Of a stretch of DNA of 64,000 nt, positions 12,568 through 24,651 are shown piece after piece. The notes beneath the pieces were generated by a model, which did no database searches, was not told the origin of the DNA, and worked only from the letters and a program-made list of their open reading frames with translations. Source of the DNA: Microbotryum violaceum (Eukaryota); NCBI GenBank assembly GCA_001244265.2, contig CDLV01000009.1:806001-870000 (forward strand). Reading direction: 5' to 3'. Position numbers and translations under genes: made by a program. Numbering within the stretch: the stretch's first letter is position 1; each line of letters opens with the position of its first letter.

Positions 12568-14160
12568 TCATAGATCCATCGCGTCCGCGTCCCTCCCCTC
12601 TGCGCCCTCGCCTTGCTCCCTCAACAAATCATGAAACGACCACTTGGGATAATCCACGTTCCGCTCATTCAACAACGTCTCCCCCCAGACCAACATCTTC
12701 ATCAACCCCGGCAATTTAGGATCCTTACTATGAGATTGACTGGTCAGGATCGCCGCGTTAAGTTCGCTGGCTGTTTCGAGGCGTTGGGATTGGTCCAGCA
12801 GGGACGAGATACTGGAGGGCATGGCAATGGAGGTATCTTCGGTCGTGAGACCTGATCCTTCCCCTCCTGCACCACTCTTGCGACTCTTCTTTCCAGCACC
12901 GCCGCTCGAAGCACGAGGAGCGGATGCAGCCAGAGCCAAATTCGTGGAAGGCTCCGTCGCAGCGAGTAGGGAAGGCATCTCGAAGGCCAGCAACGCCATG
13001 GTCCGTTCGAGCTCTTTGAGGAACTGCGGTGATTCCTCACCTCGAGGTGCGAGTTCGGATTGGGCAAAGGTGAGCGCCTCTTCGATTTCGCCTTGTCGGA
13101 TCAACTCGATCAGCTGCAGTTGCAGGAGGTGGAAGTGCAGCGCAGGGTTCGTGTCGAGGAGCTGAGAGGAACCCGTACGGTACGAGTAGGGACAATCCCC
13201 AAATCAGCACTCTCAGCACTCGTGTTCTCAAGCAAGCAGGGCGATCCGTTGTGGTGCCGGTAGGGTGAACAGCAATCGATTGAGCTCATTGTTGACGTTT
13301 TGGTTTGGTTGTCCTATTATCATCCTCGAGCGTGATCCGAGGGTCATTACAACCTGCGGACCTACTCTGAGAGTGGTGCATAGTACAGTATAATCTTTGC
13401 TCGACGACGGATCCGGTGGTGGGCCCGGCCCTCCGCGACGGAACGGGAACAGGAAAAAGGGGAATCGGAGCTCACCTCTGGATCCAGGTTGTTGACCAAC
13501 TCGGTCGCTTCTCTCACATCGCCCCTCTGCACGGCACGACGTATCTCCATGCGCGATTCGATACTGTCGAGGTCGATCGGAGGGGAGATGTTGGCCTCGC
13601 GAGAAAAGTGGGCGGCCGCATCGAGGTACCCTTCGGTGAAGAGGTAGTCGGAAATGATCGAGTTGAGATCACTGAGAAACGGTTCGTGAAGCGGTACATG
13701 AGGCAAAAGGGGATGCTACAGGGTCAGTGCGTGAACGCGGAAGTCAAGGCCACCGGGGCCAGCCCAGGTTGCGAAGGAGGCAGCCGTGCGGCGCGAGGGT
13801 CGAGTCGGTGATCAGAGGTATGTTATGAATAGTTTCCTCGTGGACGTGTAATTGGCACGCTAGGAGAGATTCCCACACAAGTTCTCATCATTCCAAAGAC
13901 AAGTGTCGGTAGTCGGGGCCATGGAGCGAGTCGAGGAGGGGTGTGCGAGGAAGCTCTTTTCGTTTGCGAGAGGAAAGGAAGGAACTCACTCTTTGGAAAC
14001 GTCGATGGCGGCGAGACGGTTGTTCCATTCTTCAGGAGTGGTGGCTAGCCTTTTCGAGCTCGAGGAAGAAGCCTGTCGAGGGGTCACAGAGTGGATGAGT
14101 TGGATGCGCCGTCATGGACGAGGTATGGACGGGGTGCCGCCTGGAGCGAGTACTGACCAT
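12568..14160 (-). CDS. GID8: GID/CTLH complex subunit GID8/TWA1 (LisH-CTLH-CRA)
   Basis: ATG|GTCAGT intron, then [27 protein letters not shown]. Lis[40 protein letters not shown] and [29 protein letters not shown]...[14 protein letters not shown]. Confidence 0.9.
13282..13402 (-). ncRNA. Intronic box C/D snoRNA, probable guide for 18S rRNA Um1269 (snR55/SNORD33-like) or Gm1271 (snR40/SNORD32-like), yeast numbering
   Basis: Minus strand: gagc stem, variant C box AAGATTA (13397-13391), guide CTATGCACCACT (13383-13372) complementary to conserved 18S GGUGGUGCAUGG, D' CAGA or CTCA, C'-like ATGATAA, variant D box ATGA (13289-13286), gctc stem. Lies in a GID8 intron. Confidence 0.6.
13808..13896 (-). 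ncRNA. SNORD79: Intronic box C/D snoRNA, SNORD79/U79-like (LSU rRNA A in GAGA*UUCCCAC)
   Basis: Minus strand: canonical C box ATGATGA (13891-13885), guide GTGGGAATCTCT (13876-13865) complementary to conserved LSU GAGAUUCCCAC, degenerate D', canonical D box CTGA (13815-13812). Lies in a GID8 intron. Confidence 0.75.
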
Positions 14161-15182
14161 GGGCGGAGACCAAGGGCGCGAGCAGCGGGCGCGCGCCAGG
14201 CAACTCGATGGCGCTGAGTACGGGCGAGCAGGCGGCTACGGGCGGGCGAACGACCGGCGAGCACGGACCTGGTGGAGGGAGTGTCGACCTTGCACCTACC
14301 ACGACAAAGTACGCGACTTTGAGGATCGGATATGCACGAGTTGAACGTGCAAAGTAAAGCTCTGTAGATACGGTCCAATGAGCTCGATGAACCGGTCGAT
14401 GACGAATGCTAGTGCGTGTGGAACGGATGATGCGCGGTTTTGTAGGTGGTGCAATCCCAATTTGGAGGCAAGAGGGATCGAGCCGGAGGATCAGGAGCAA
14501 TTCAGCTAAGAGGTGGTGTCTCGAGAGCGGTGGTTGGTGCAATGGAAAGAGTCGGCCAATGCGATGGGGTGGTCGAAGCGAGTGGGGCGGCACGCCTGCC
14601 AGCGCCTGCCCGCGTTGCACCGACCGATTGACGGACGGCGGCCAATCTCACGCCTCACTGCTCGAAATGCACTACGTCAACATGTCCCTTTTACTTTTCA
14701 TTCACTTTCAGCCACTTATGTAGTCTGTGAGCTAACCGGAAACCACAACCGAGCTTCAACATGTCCTGCATTTGATCGGAAAACTGAACCTTGGTCCAAG
14801 GAGTCGAAGACCCCGCCGAGACGGGGTAATCTGAGGCCGCCGGGTCTTCAAGTTCTGCTCGACACTACTGCACCTCCCATGTGTTTCTTGCCTAGCGAAG
14901 CTGTATCTGGAAGGTTCTGTTCATACGAATCTGATCAACATGGGGTGTCTGCGTGCCGATGATCTGCCCAAGTGTGATTTGCCCCGGTAGTACTACATAC
15001 TCAAGCGCAGATTCTTTCCGATTCGTGCTAGTCTGTGCTAGTTGTTAAGGAGGCCTCAGCGCAGGAGCACGCCAGAGCACGGCCCCTCTTTCTCGGGATC
15101 ACCGCGCGCTTAGTTCGAAGATCGTCGCTCTTCTCTTGGAGAGCAGCACCATCATTAGCACCGTCACTGATCGTTGGATGAT

Positions 15183-18100
15183 ATGACCAGTCTGAGCTAC
15201 CATACCCATGGTCTCAGTAGTGGTGGATCAGGTCCAGGCTCGTCAATGAGCGGCAGTGGTGGCTCCCCTTCCAACAGCGGCTCAGCCTCCCCCGCGAGAC
15301 CCACCTCTCCTTCGCTCGGCTCATCCAGCGCTTCAACCGCTACCGCTACCGCTACCGTCCCCCACCCCGCACCACCCGACACCGTCCTCACCGCCCTGAA
15401 CTTCACGCCCTTCAAGACTAAAAATACCCGACGTGATCTGACAACCTCGTACCGCGCCTTTAAGCAAGCCTGGTCCGCGATCGAACGAACGACGGTCCTC
15501 CAACACTCTGCTCGAAGATTAGGCGAACGAGCGGCCAATGTGCTGTTGGTGACGACCGACAAGTTGCAGGCTTATGAACCCGAGGATGAGAAGGAAAAGA
15601 TCTTGGGCAAAGTGCCCACTTATGAGTTCCAGGCCGAGGCGAACCCGCAAGAGACCATGTTCAAACTGCAGTCGTGAGTTCGCAGCTGGCAGCTAGGATG
15701 CGGCGTGGCCTCGTTCACCTCCTTTCCTGCGAGTCGCGCGGGTGGGAACGGGTCGAGGCGGGGGCGGAGGCAGCATATCTCGCGCGGGATGTCCCTCACT
15801 CGCTCAGATCCTGACAGCGCTATCTTATCTCCCTCTATCAGCATCATGATCGACCTCCAAACAGCTATGACCGTCCTCGCCTCGCCTCGTCAAGACCAAC
15901 AAGTGCTTCTCGTGCGCGACCTCTCCTCGACCGTCCGTTCACTCGAAAAACTCAACATCCAACTCACCAACGCTGTCGAGATGTACGAGCTCTTCATCTC
16001 GACCGAACCGTGGGCCCTCGAGAACGAACATGATCTTGCCGCCGACTATGCGGTCTTGCCTCGTCTTTTTCAACTCGCTTTTGCACTGAGGGGTCCTCTT
16101 TATACTGGTTTCCTCAAAGATCATCCCGCACCACCTGGGGAGATCGCTTCCATCTCCAAACGAAGGGACAATTATCTCGCTTGGTGTCTCGAGACGAATC
16201 CGCTGCTGAGACAAGATCCCTCGACACCGACGTCGGCGAAGAAGAGATGGGTACCGGTCACTCCTAGCCCCGAAGCGTCACCCGTGTCGCCGCTTTTCCC
16301 CAAGGGGGTTGCGGGAACAGTACCCGTTCTATCACGATCACGAGCACCATCTTCACCAACTGCAGATGCTCCCGCCGGTGGCTCGAGACGATTGAGAAGC
16401 TCAACCATGGTCAACGAAGTCAGCGGCTCGCCGCCCTCGATCAAAGCCGGAACCGTAGTAGAGACCAAAGATATCCCATCGAGTCCCACCACCAGTCCAG
16501 AAACGTCTCCAACAATCCCAAGCTCTTCCCCCTGGACAGCTTCTCTCTCAAATTCTCCCAAAGATCTCGGCGCCGATACCCCGGATTCTTCCCCTCCCAC
16601 CACACCCCAAATTGTGACCTCAATCTACCCCAACACAGTCGCCGATCGTGCCTCTCGCCTTTCCACCGACCCCAACGAACACTCTTTCCTCTCCATCGGG
16701 GACCATCCCAGCGCAAGCTCTGATTCCTCAGGTGCATCGGACGACGAACCCGATTCACCGACGTCGGGTACCCCACGTCGTTTGCTCGAGAACGGGTCAT
16801 CCAAATCAAGTCCGGCTTCCGAAGTACCACCTCCCAAAGGTTTAGGGATCCTCGATTCGCTCAATGCAGCGGCCCCTATCGAACCCGATGCGGCTCCAAA
16901 TTCCCCCGTGGAGGAGAAGAAATCGTACTTGCTTAGCTCACCCAGATCACCCCGACGCGTCCCTTCGATCCCTACCCTTCCCGCGATCCCAGAGGACGAA
17001 CTCTACCGACCCGAACCGCCGACCCCAATTCCCTCTTTCATCGTTCGACCGGCGACACCTCAGCGCGAATCCCTCCAAGCGGGGGAAATGGGATCAACAC
17101 CTCAAACCACAAGTTTGCGTATCCTCTCACTCGACGGAGGAGGGATCCGTGGCTTGACGCTCCTATACACCCTGCGCTCCAAACTCCCTAAAGACTCTCC
17201 ACCACCATATCAAGTTTTTGATCTCATCACGGGATGTGGAACCGGAGGATTGGTCGCGATCTTGTTGGGTCGATTGAGGATGACGCTTGATGAGGCAATC
17301 GATACCTATTTGTCGATCGCGAGGCAGGCATTCATCTCCAAGGAGCTCGTGCGCAAGAAAGGTCGCTGGAGTCGACTGTTCGGAGGTCCAGGTTCAACAG
17401 CTGACCCAACCCAAGTCGGCAAACTCCTTCCCGGAACCCGCGACCACGGGCTCGAAGAAGCCCTTCTCGAACACCTCGACGACGTCCCCATGCTCGAAGA
17501 ATCCTCTGCTCCCGAAGCGAAGCGATGCAAAGTCGCTATCCTGGCGTACGAACAAAGTTCCTACGGAGGCGACGGTGCCCCCGTCTGGTTCCGTTCTTAC
17601 CTCGACGATAACGACGAAAACCTCGATTCACCTTGCATCCGGACCGTCGTTCGAGCGACGATAGCTTCGAGCGCTTTCTTCAGACCTTTTAAAATCACCG
17701 AAGAGCGAGCATCTTTCATCGTCGCTCCTGAATCACTCAATCCCGCCGACCTAACGCTAGACGAAGCGCACCGCATCTCCGAGACCCTCGGACCGGAAGC
17801 TACCGAACTTCCCAAACTAGAGATCGTCCACTTCCTCTCCCTCGGCGTAGGCCAAATCCCTTCCGGCATCCGTCTTTCCTCCAAAACCAAGATGCGCTCT
17901 CTCAAACTCGTTACTCGGATAGTAGAAGAGAACCGAAGTGCTTATGAACGGGTTTTGAGAAGGGCGAGGAGGGAGGGGTGGTCGGAAAGGATCGAGAGGA
18001 TCGATGTGGATTTGGTGGGGAGGGATGATAAAGGGATTGATGAGTGGTTTTATCATATTCTTTTGAGGGACGCTATTGAACAGTTCGTGAACGGTGGGGA

Positions 18101-18513
18101 CCTGAGTACCACTACTTCGGGGGCTGCGAATAAAGTGGGGAGTGGGGATTTCGAGTTTCCTTCGCCGACCCCGACGGAAACGGTAAAGTCGACAAATCCA
18201 AGACGTGAGTATCTCGGTCGTTCTCTCTCCGGTCCTCCAAATCACTCACCTTCTTTCTTCTTCTTCAATCCCAGCCACTTCAATGCTAAGCACCTTCACG
18301 TTCCGCCGCTCCTCAATCCAGCGCTTATCCCTCCGGCCCGAAAGCTCTTCAAGCTCTTCAACAACCTCCCCCCTCCGTCGATCAGTTTCGCTGACCAACC
18401 TCCGTACAAGTCTCAATCCCATGTATCTACAGCGTGACACGTCGACGGCTTCCCTCGACGCGGATGTCGCGAGGGAGTCTCTCACGAGTTCAGGGACGAA
18501 TATTGATTTGTGA
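15183..18513 (+). CDS. Patatin-like phospholipase-domain protein with long Ser/Pro-rich linker; probably catalytically inactive
   Basis: ORFs 15174-15677 and 15705-18437 plus a last exon to 18513, joined by GT-AG introns. LRILSLDGGGIRG and FDLITGCGTGGLVAILLGRL are patatin motifs. Confidence 0.8.
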
Positions 18514-18721
18514 GAAGGGGTTGTCCGGCAAGGGATATTTATTCGGTCGGATTTCCGAGAGGGGTTGCTAGCCTGAAGTTTTTGGGGTAGCTTTCGGCTT
18601 ATGCGAGGAAAATGTACAAGCAGTTCTTTCCTGAAAACTGCGGCTTCTGTCTAATTCAAGAAGAGCAGTGAGAAGAAAGTATACACATCACCCAATTTCC
18701 ACCTTTCTAGCCCTCCACCCT

Positions 18722-21256
18722 TCAATATGCCGAATCATAAGGCGTCGAATCCCCCCCATTCGCACACTCCGCCGTCACCCAACTCATAATCTGATCAAAC
18801 GCCTGGCCATGCCCGACCATACTTTCCCCATGTTTCATCGCATGATGAACCTTGAGTCCTCCCCTAGTCGGCCCTACATTCTCCCCCCGTTTCACTTCCT
18901 TGATTCCCGAACGTTTGAGATAAGTCCGTACCCTTTCGGCGTTGAGGATCGCGTCCCTTCCCGCAAGATAGAAAGCCGAGTGATAAGGCGATGTGACACG
19001 CGGGATTTGACTCGGGAACAATAAGTTGGACGACCAATCGAACGTCCGTTGAAGCATGAACGCGACCCCTAGTTCCCTCGAAACGAAGAACCTCATGAGG
19101 TATTCCAACGGTTCACGTGGTTTCGAATAGAGGAAATTGTAGCAGACCCAGGGTTCCCAAAGGGAGAAACAAACGGGGTCGACGAAGCAGGAACGCACGA
19201 CGAGGTCGGGAAGTTCTTTGAGTATCCAGCCATGGACGATCGAGCCGTTCGAATGGGAGAGGATCGTCAGACCCGTGAGATCGAACTTCCATTTTTGAGC
19301 GATCGCGGCGATCCCGAGCCCGATGGATTTTTGCGTAGGTGGGGAGAGGTAGTCTCTTGAGAAGAAGGCCATCGAGATGTGAGGTTGGATCAGAACGATG
19401 ATGGGTCGATCGGCGAGGAGTTTGTTCGTCGCGAAATAGGACAACATCGAACCGTACTGTGGTAGTCCGCAGCCCAAGCCGTGCAGGACCAAGAGGGGAC
19501 GACTCGCTTCCGTGCAGTTTGCCGTGGGTTTCCACCCGGCGGGCATCCGAACGAGGTACCGTAGTCCACCATCTTCACACGTGACGAAGCCGCGAGCCCG
19601 GAGCTTGAACCCGACGTATTGTTGCAAACACCCGACGATAGCTGTACGCGATGCAACCATAGCTCGATGCGCTTAGTTCGGTGCACATTTGGCATGAAAC
19701 GAGCCACAAACACGTACAGTACAATAGGATGGGTCTCTGCGTGACTCTGACGGGGTCCAAGGTCAACCGAATAACTCTGCACCGAGGATTCCTCCCTTCC
19801 CTAAGCGAACCGCCAGCTCGGAACTCGACCAAATCCAAGCAGTGTTCCAAAAGGCCCAACTTATCCTGTTCCAATTTCAGGCCGCCTTGATCGACGTCTA
19901 ATTCGCCATAGAGATGTAGCGGCGGTTTTCCTGCCGCGACCCAGGCTTGCCGTTCCTCTTCGAGTTCTTCGAGGGTCGACGAGTAGAGGCACCATGCGAG
20001 CCAGTCCGCCATATTGAGCCGATATATCTCCTTGTAGTCTGGGCGTCCATGGCTCGAGGTGTTTGTCAGTAATTTTTAAGGTAGGGGTGTAGACCTTCAA
20101 GGGAAGACGCCCGCTCACCACATCCATTGAACCACAACCGAATAAAATCGCGAAAATCCTCAGCTCGTGGGTCCTCCGCGTCTAGCTTGTCCATGAACGA
20201 GGGCGTGTAACTCGAGCTCCTCGGTCGAACGCTGTGCTGCCCACCTCCGCTCCTTATACTCGGTCCGTACCCTTCGTCGTCCTCGACTTCATCATCCTCA
20301 TTGTCATCATCCGTATTTCTCGGTGACGCAGGTGAAGTATCCTCGACCTTGGGGCCATTCTTGTCGAGCTGTGGCAGATCCGCGACGCTCCCATTCAATA
20401 CGGCGGTCATCTCAAACTCGATCGAAGGCCTCTCCATCTCCGGTGTCGCCGCCCCATCTCCCAACCGAACCTGAGTCAAACTCCGACTCCTCAAAGCCTC
20501 TTCCACACTCGCCAAACCAGGAATAGCTTCCCTCAATCCTCCGGACCTAGGATTGGCCCTCCTCGATCTACTTCGCTCGAGCTCAGCACCCCCGCTAACG
20601 ATCTGTTCGCCGTCCTCGTCGTTCTGCAAGCCATTCTCCAAAGCCCTCTTGATGATATTTCTCAAAAACCTCCTCGAAGCTTGAGGCGCTTTCTTTCGCT
20701 TGTTGGCTCGAATGGCGAGGTAGCGGTAGTAGAGGGAGAAGGGGATCTCGACGGCGCAGTAGGACAACGTCATATAGTGAAACACCTTGAGGACGATGTG
20801 CGAAGGTGCTGGTCGTCCGGCGTGTAATGATGGGATCAGAGTCAGGAGGGTCCAGAGGACGTAGAGCCATGATAGAGGCGTTATGATCCAGACCAATCCG
20901 ATGGCTAGCCCTGTAGGATGATCATCAACGCCGGCACGGCTTCATCAGCCAGAGGATTCAGGCGCTTAGCCCCACGTCGCCAAAGTGACGGGCACGAGGT
21001 CCAAGCGCGTCCAGGTCCCCACCGCACCGTAATGGCCGGGCGAGCACTCACAGACCGCAGCGAGGGTGAGGTGAAACATGACTCGAAAGCCAATATACTG
21101 TTTCCGTGGTCTCCCCGACGTAGGTGAGGTAGGGGATGTCGCATCGTTGGACCGAGAACGCCTGAGACCGGCGCCATTTGTGCTCGAGGTTGACGTCGCT
21201 GCCTTGCCGTTCGCCGTTGGGCGCGCCGGTGGAGGGGTCGTACGAGGAAGGGACAT
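18722..21256 (-). CDS. Membrane-anchored alpha/beta-hydrolase-fold protein, multi-exon
   Basis: N-terminal hydrophobic helices in ORF 20066-20896. C-terminal PLLVLHGLGCGL, nucleophile elbow LSHSNGS, FVDPVCF, GRDAIL and HGE in ORF 18722-19660. Confidence 0.8.
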
Positions 21257-21936
21257 GATGCGTTGGACCCTACGTCGTCCTACCAAAAAACCACTACGAA
21301 TGAGAACCCGAGACTGGACTTGAAAAGTATGACTGCCGGTTACTAGTGAAGGGTAGGACGTCAACCCCAACCCACGGAGCGAAGCACAGGAGATTGCCGA
21401 CCGCTGTCATCGAGTGGCGACTGAGTGACGCGTGCAATCTGCCGAGCCAGGCCCAGCCCATCTGCTCCAAGACACCACGCTCCGAGCTCCAAGCGCTCCA
21501 CGCACAAGTGATCGGCGGCCCGTTGGACGTTCCTGGCGCCTTCAAGTGAAAAATCAGCGCTTGGCAAGGCTCGTTCGATCAAGCTGGTACGGAAGCGAAT
21601 TTCGTCACAGTAAACAAGGTATTTCGTTCCACCATCACACTCACACAAGACTACCGTGTCGAATATTTGGGGTTACGTCCCACCAATCGAGCTTGCAGGG
21701 ACTCTCATTCCCCTTTCCATTCCAGCGGACCGTCCATCGAATGCTTCATCCTCCAAAGGAACTCTTATTACACATCTTTCTTGAAACCAAGCCTTTCTAA
21801 TCCGTCTCATCTCCCTCTCCAAAGTCGCAATCCTCCCGCACACCAGCTTGTGATCAGGTTTCGTCGTTCGTCCTCGCTTCTTGAGCTATTCCTCCGGCCC
21901 ACCAACCCACTCCCACTTGCTCCCTCCAGGAAAATT

Positions 21937-23138
21937 CTACTTTTGGATCGGTCCATAGATCGGCCATGTCTTGTCGTGGATCTGCGGCCTGTCCTCGGGC
22001 GATCCGGGGATGTTCTTGGCCAATTTCTGTCTCGGCGGTAGATCGTAGGGGAGGAAGGGAAGTGGGGGTAGAGGAGCATATCGCACGGCGTGAAGTCGCA
22101 TCGATATATTCGATTGTTGGCATGGACGAGTCGGAGAGCGAACGAGGTTGAATCCAAGTCAGGGAGAGACGAACCGTTAGTAATCGCCCAAACCAACCTG
22201 GACCAATGCCCTAAACGTCCACGCACCAGTTTCTCGAATACGCAAGAGTTGAACACTCGTTCCGGTTTGCGACACAGGTAAAATTCCTGTACAAAAACCC
22301 AATCTCTGAGATCAATCTCGGCCCTTGCTCTCGACGGGGGGGAGGGCAACCCGATCTTACTGACCTGGTTGTTCCGCTCCAAGCACTCCCAATGGGCGTT
22401 GAATTCTGCCAGACACGTCGATCGCACCTTGGTGATCCTGTGCACAGCATGCAAAGCATGTTGGAGGTGTCGTCTGAGTCGCAGTCGACGATGAGGATGG
22501 GAGCGCTCACAAGTCCTGAGCACATCTCGTGACCTTGCGGCCTTCCTTCAAGCAATGTTCGGGGTTCCTGTCCTCGGCTTTGCACAGCATGAAATCCTCT
22601 GTGGTAAGCAGGGAAAGCCGGAGGTCAGTCGTGAAGTTCTACGATCGTCCCAAGTGGTGAGCCCGTCGTGAGGTGCGGAGTCGCCCTCGGCTCGGCTCGC
22701 GTTGAACCACTCCCGATATCCATCTCAACCTAGCCAGTTCCCAAACTGACCGTTGTACTTTTGGCAGTGTTCGCCGATGAAGAAGGACGCGGATTTGAGG
22801 GGAGCGGAAGTGACGCCGAGTTCGTCGACGTGTGGGATCGACGACGGCATCGGAGTTGGCCTGTTGAAGGTCATGCACGAGATCAGCTGGTGATTCTAAG
22901 TGGAGGCGAGTGGTCGAGACTGGTTGGCTTACTCGACATAGTCCTTGTCGGGGAATCTGAGGAGGGGGGAAGCAGTGCAGTGTCAGTCAATGCGGGATGA
23001 GCGGAGCGGGAGGGCGACGAGGGGGAGGGGAAGGAGGAGGAGGACCGACTTGGCTTCACGATGCGTCGACTGGTGCGTAGAACAAGCATGCTGTCAGCTC
23101 GGATGAATGATAAGCGCACTGCGGCGTGTACTGACCAT
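21937..23138 (-). CDS. NDUFA8: NADH:ubiquinone oxidoreductase subunit NDUFA8 (twin CX9C)
   Basis: Spliced model MSTHREAKFPDKDYVEPTPMPSSIPHVDELGVTSAPLKSASFFIGEHCQKYNEDFMLCK...HCLKEGRKVTRCA...HWECLERNNQEFYLCRKPERVFNSCVFEKL...PIQK*. Confidence 0.92.
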
Positions 23139-23329
23139 GCTGGATGAGGTGTGCCAAACGGGTGTGCGGGCCCAAGAGAGGCTCGCTGGTCGATCAGCCC
23201 GGCATCAAGCTCTGAGCGAAGCGCGCTGACGCTCGGACCGCTTTTGATGGATGGAGGCCACTCAGGCCCGGTCGCAGCTTGCCCTCGTCCTCATCTCTTC
23301 GGCACGCACTTCCATCCTTCGCTTACGTC
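23139..23329. promoter_or_regulatory. Short divergent (bidirectional) promoter region
   Basis: Only about 190 bp separate the ATG of NDUFA8 (23138, minus) from the ATG of the ubiquitin-like gene (23330, plus). Both genes begin with an ATG-only first coding exon followed by GTCAGT. Confidence 0.55.
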
Positions 23330-24094
23330 ATGGTCAGTTTGAACACATCAGCTATACTATACTCGTATTCATCTGCATAATCCACCTAACGCGTTTACCG
23401 GTTTTGCCCGTGATCCTCAGCCGCCTCGAAAGCACCCTCTGACAGTGTTTCGACTCAAGCTCAACAAGAGTGCGTTCGATCTATACACTCCTCTACGCGC
23501 ACTTGGCTGACAATATGTACTTCACACCACAGCCACCGTATTCCTCCCCGTATCCTCCTCCACGACGCTCTCCTCCTTACGTACGGACCTGATCCAAGCC
23601 CTCCAGCACGGACGTGACACCGAGGTCGATCCTTTACCCGCTTCACCCAACGAAATCGCTCTGTGGAGATCGTCTGGGGCGGAAGGGGAAGAAACATGGA
23701 CCCGATTGACAGATGAGAAGAGTACGGCTGACAAGTGGGGACTGTGAGTTGCAAGTCAGAGTGAACGAAAGTTCGGATCATTCCTCAATCGTAGCACGTA
23801 GTTGACGTCCGACCTGAGAGAGCGCCTTGGATCGTTGTCATCATCCTTGTATGAAGTATTCAAAGTCCCTTTGAGCATGTCCTGACTGACCCAACCGCCA
23901 TCTTGGTACAATCCAGTCAAGAAGCCGCCGAGATTGGAGTGTCGGTCAAATCCTCTGATGGTCAGTCTTACGATCGTTTTCTTCAGAAGCGGGTCAGGTA
24001 AAGTTCAAGCTCTAAACCAAGACGGTGCTTCTCAGCAGGAACATTCCCCGAACCGGCAGTGGAGCGACCGGTCGATTCTGACGATGAGGAGTAG
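23330..24094 (+). CDS. Small ubiquitin-like protein, 120 aa, 5 exons, Elongin-B-like
   Basis: Exons 23330-23332, 23421-23469, 23533-23743, 23917-23960 and 24039-24094 (363 nt, all GT-AG). Translation MPPRKHPLTVFRLKLNKTTVFLPVSSSTTLSSLRTDLIQAL...NEIALWR...LTDEKSTADKWGLQEAAEIGVSVKSSDGTFPEPAVERPVDSDDEE*. Confidence 0.75.
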
Positions 24095-24651
24095 TTCCCT
24101 TTGAACGAGCCCAGTCAACAAAAGGTCCGAGCGCTTCAGGGTTTCACGCCGACAAATCCAATATGATGCTCTGGACCACAAATGCACGGACTGACCGGAA
24201 TCACGCTGCAGTTTCTACGTACCTGTACTATGTTGTCATACACTCCACTCTTTGCGGTGCTCTGCGGAGCGCTGCGGAGACTCGCAGTATGCCGTCGTCG
24301 ACTCAAGTCATGACGAAATCCGCTCCAGACCGCTGCGAGTCAGTTAAGTCTTAAGGCCCAGTACAGACTGTCCTCCTAGTCATAGGAGGGGATGAGCGTT
24401 TTTAGCTGGCCATCTGAACCAGACCTACCATGACTTGAGGTGATGAGAGAGCAGCAGCAATCGCGGGGTCTCGTTTCGGGCAAGTCGAGTCACTTTGGGC
24501 GTTCGCGCCCAACTCCGAGTTGCTGGAGCGCGCTGCGCAAGTGACTCCGGTGCTGCGGATCCGGGTGACTCGAAATGATCCGTGTTCGCTCGAAAAGACG
24601 ACGCTTTTCTTCGTTCCCTCTCTCCGTCCTGATCCTCACATCTCTTCATCC

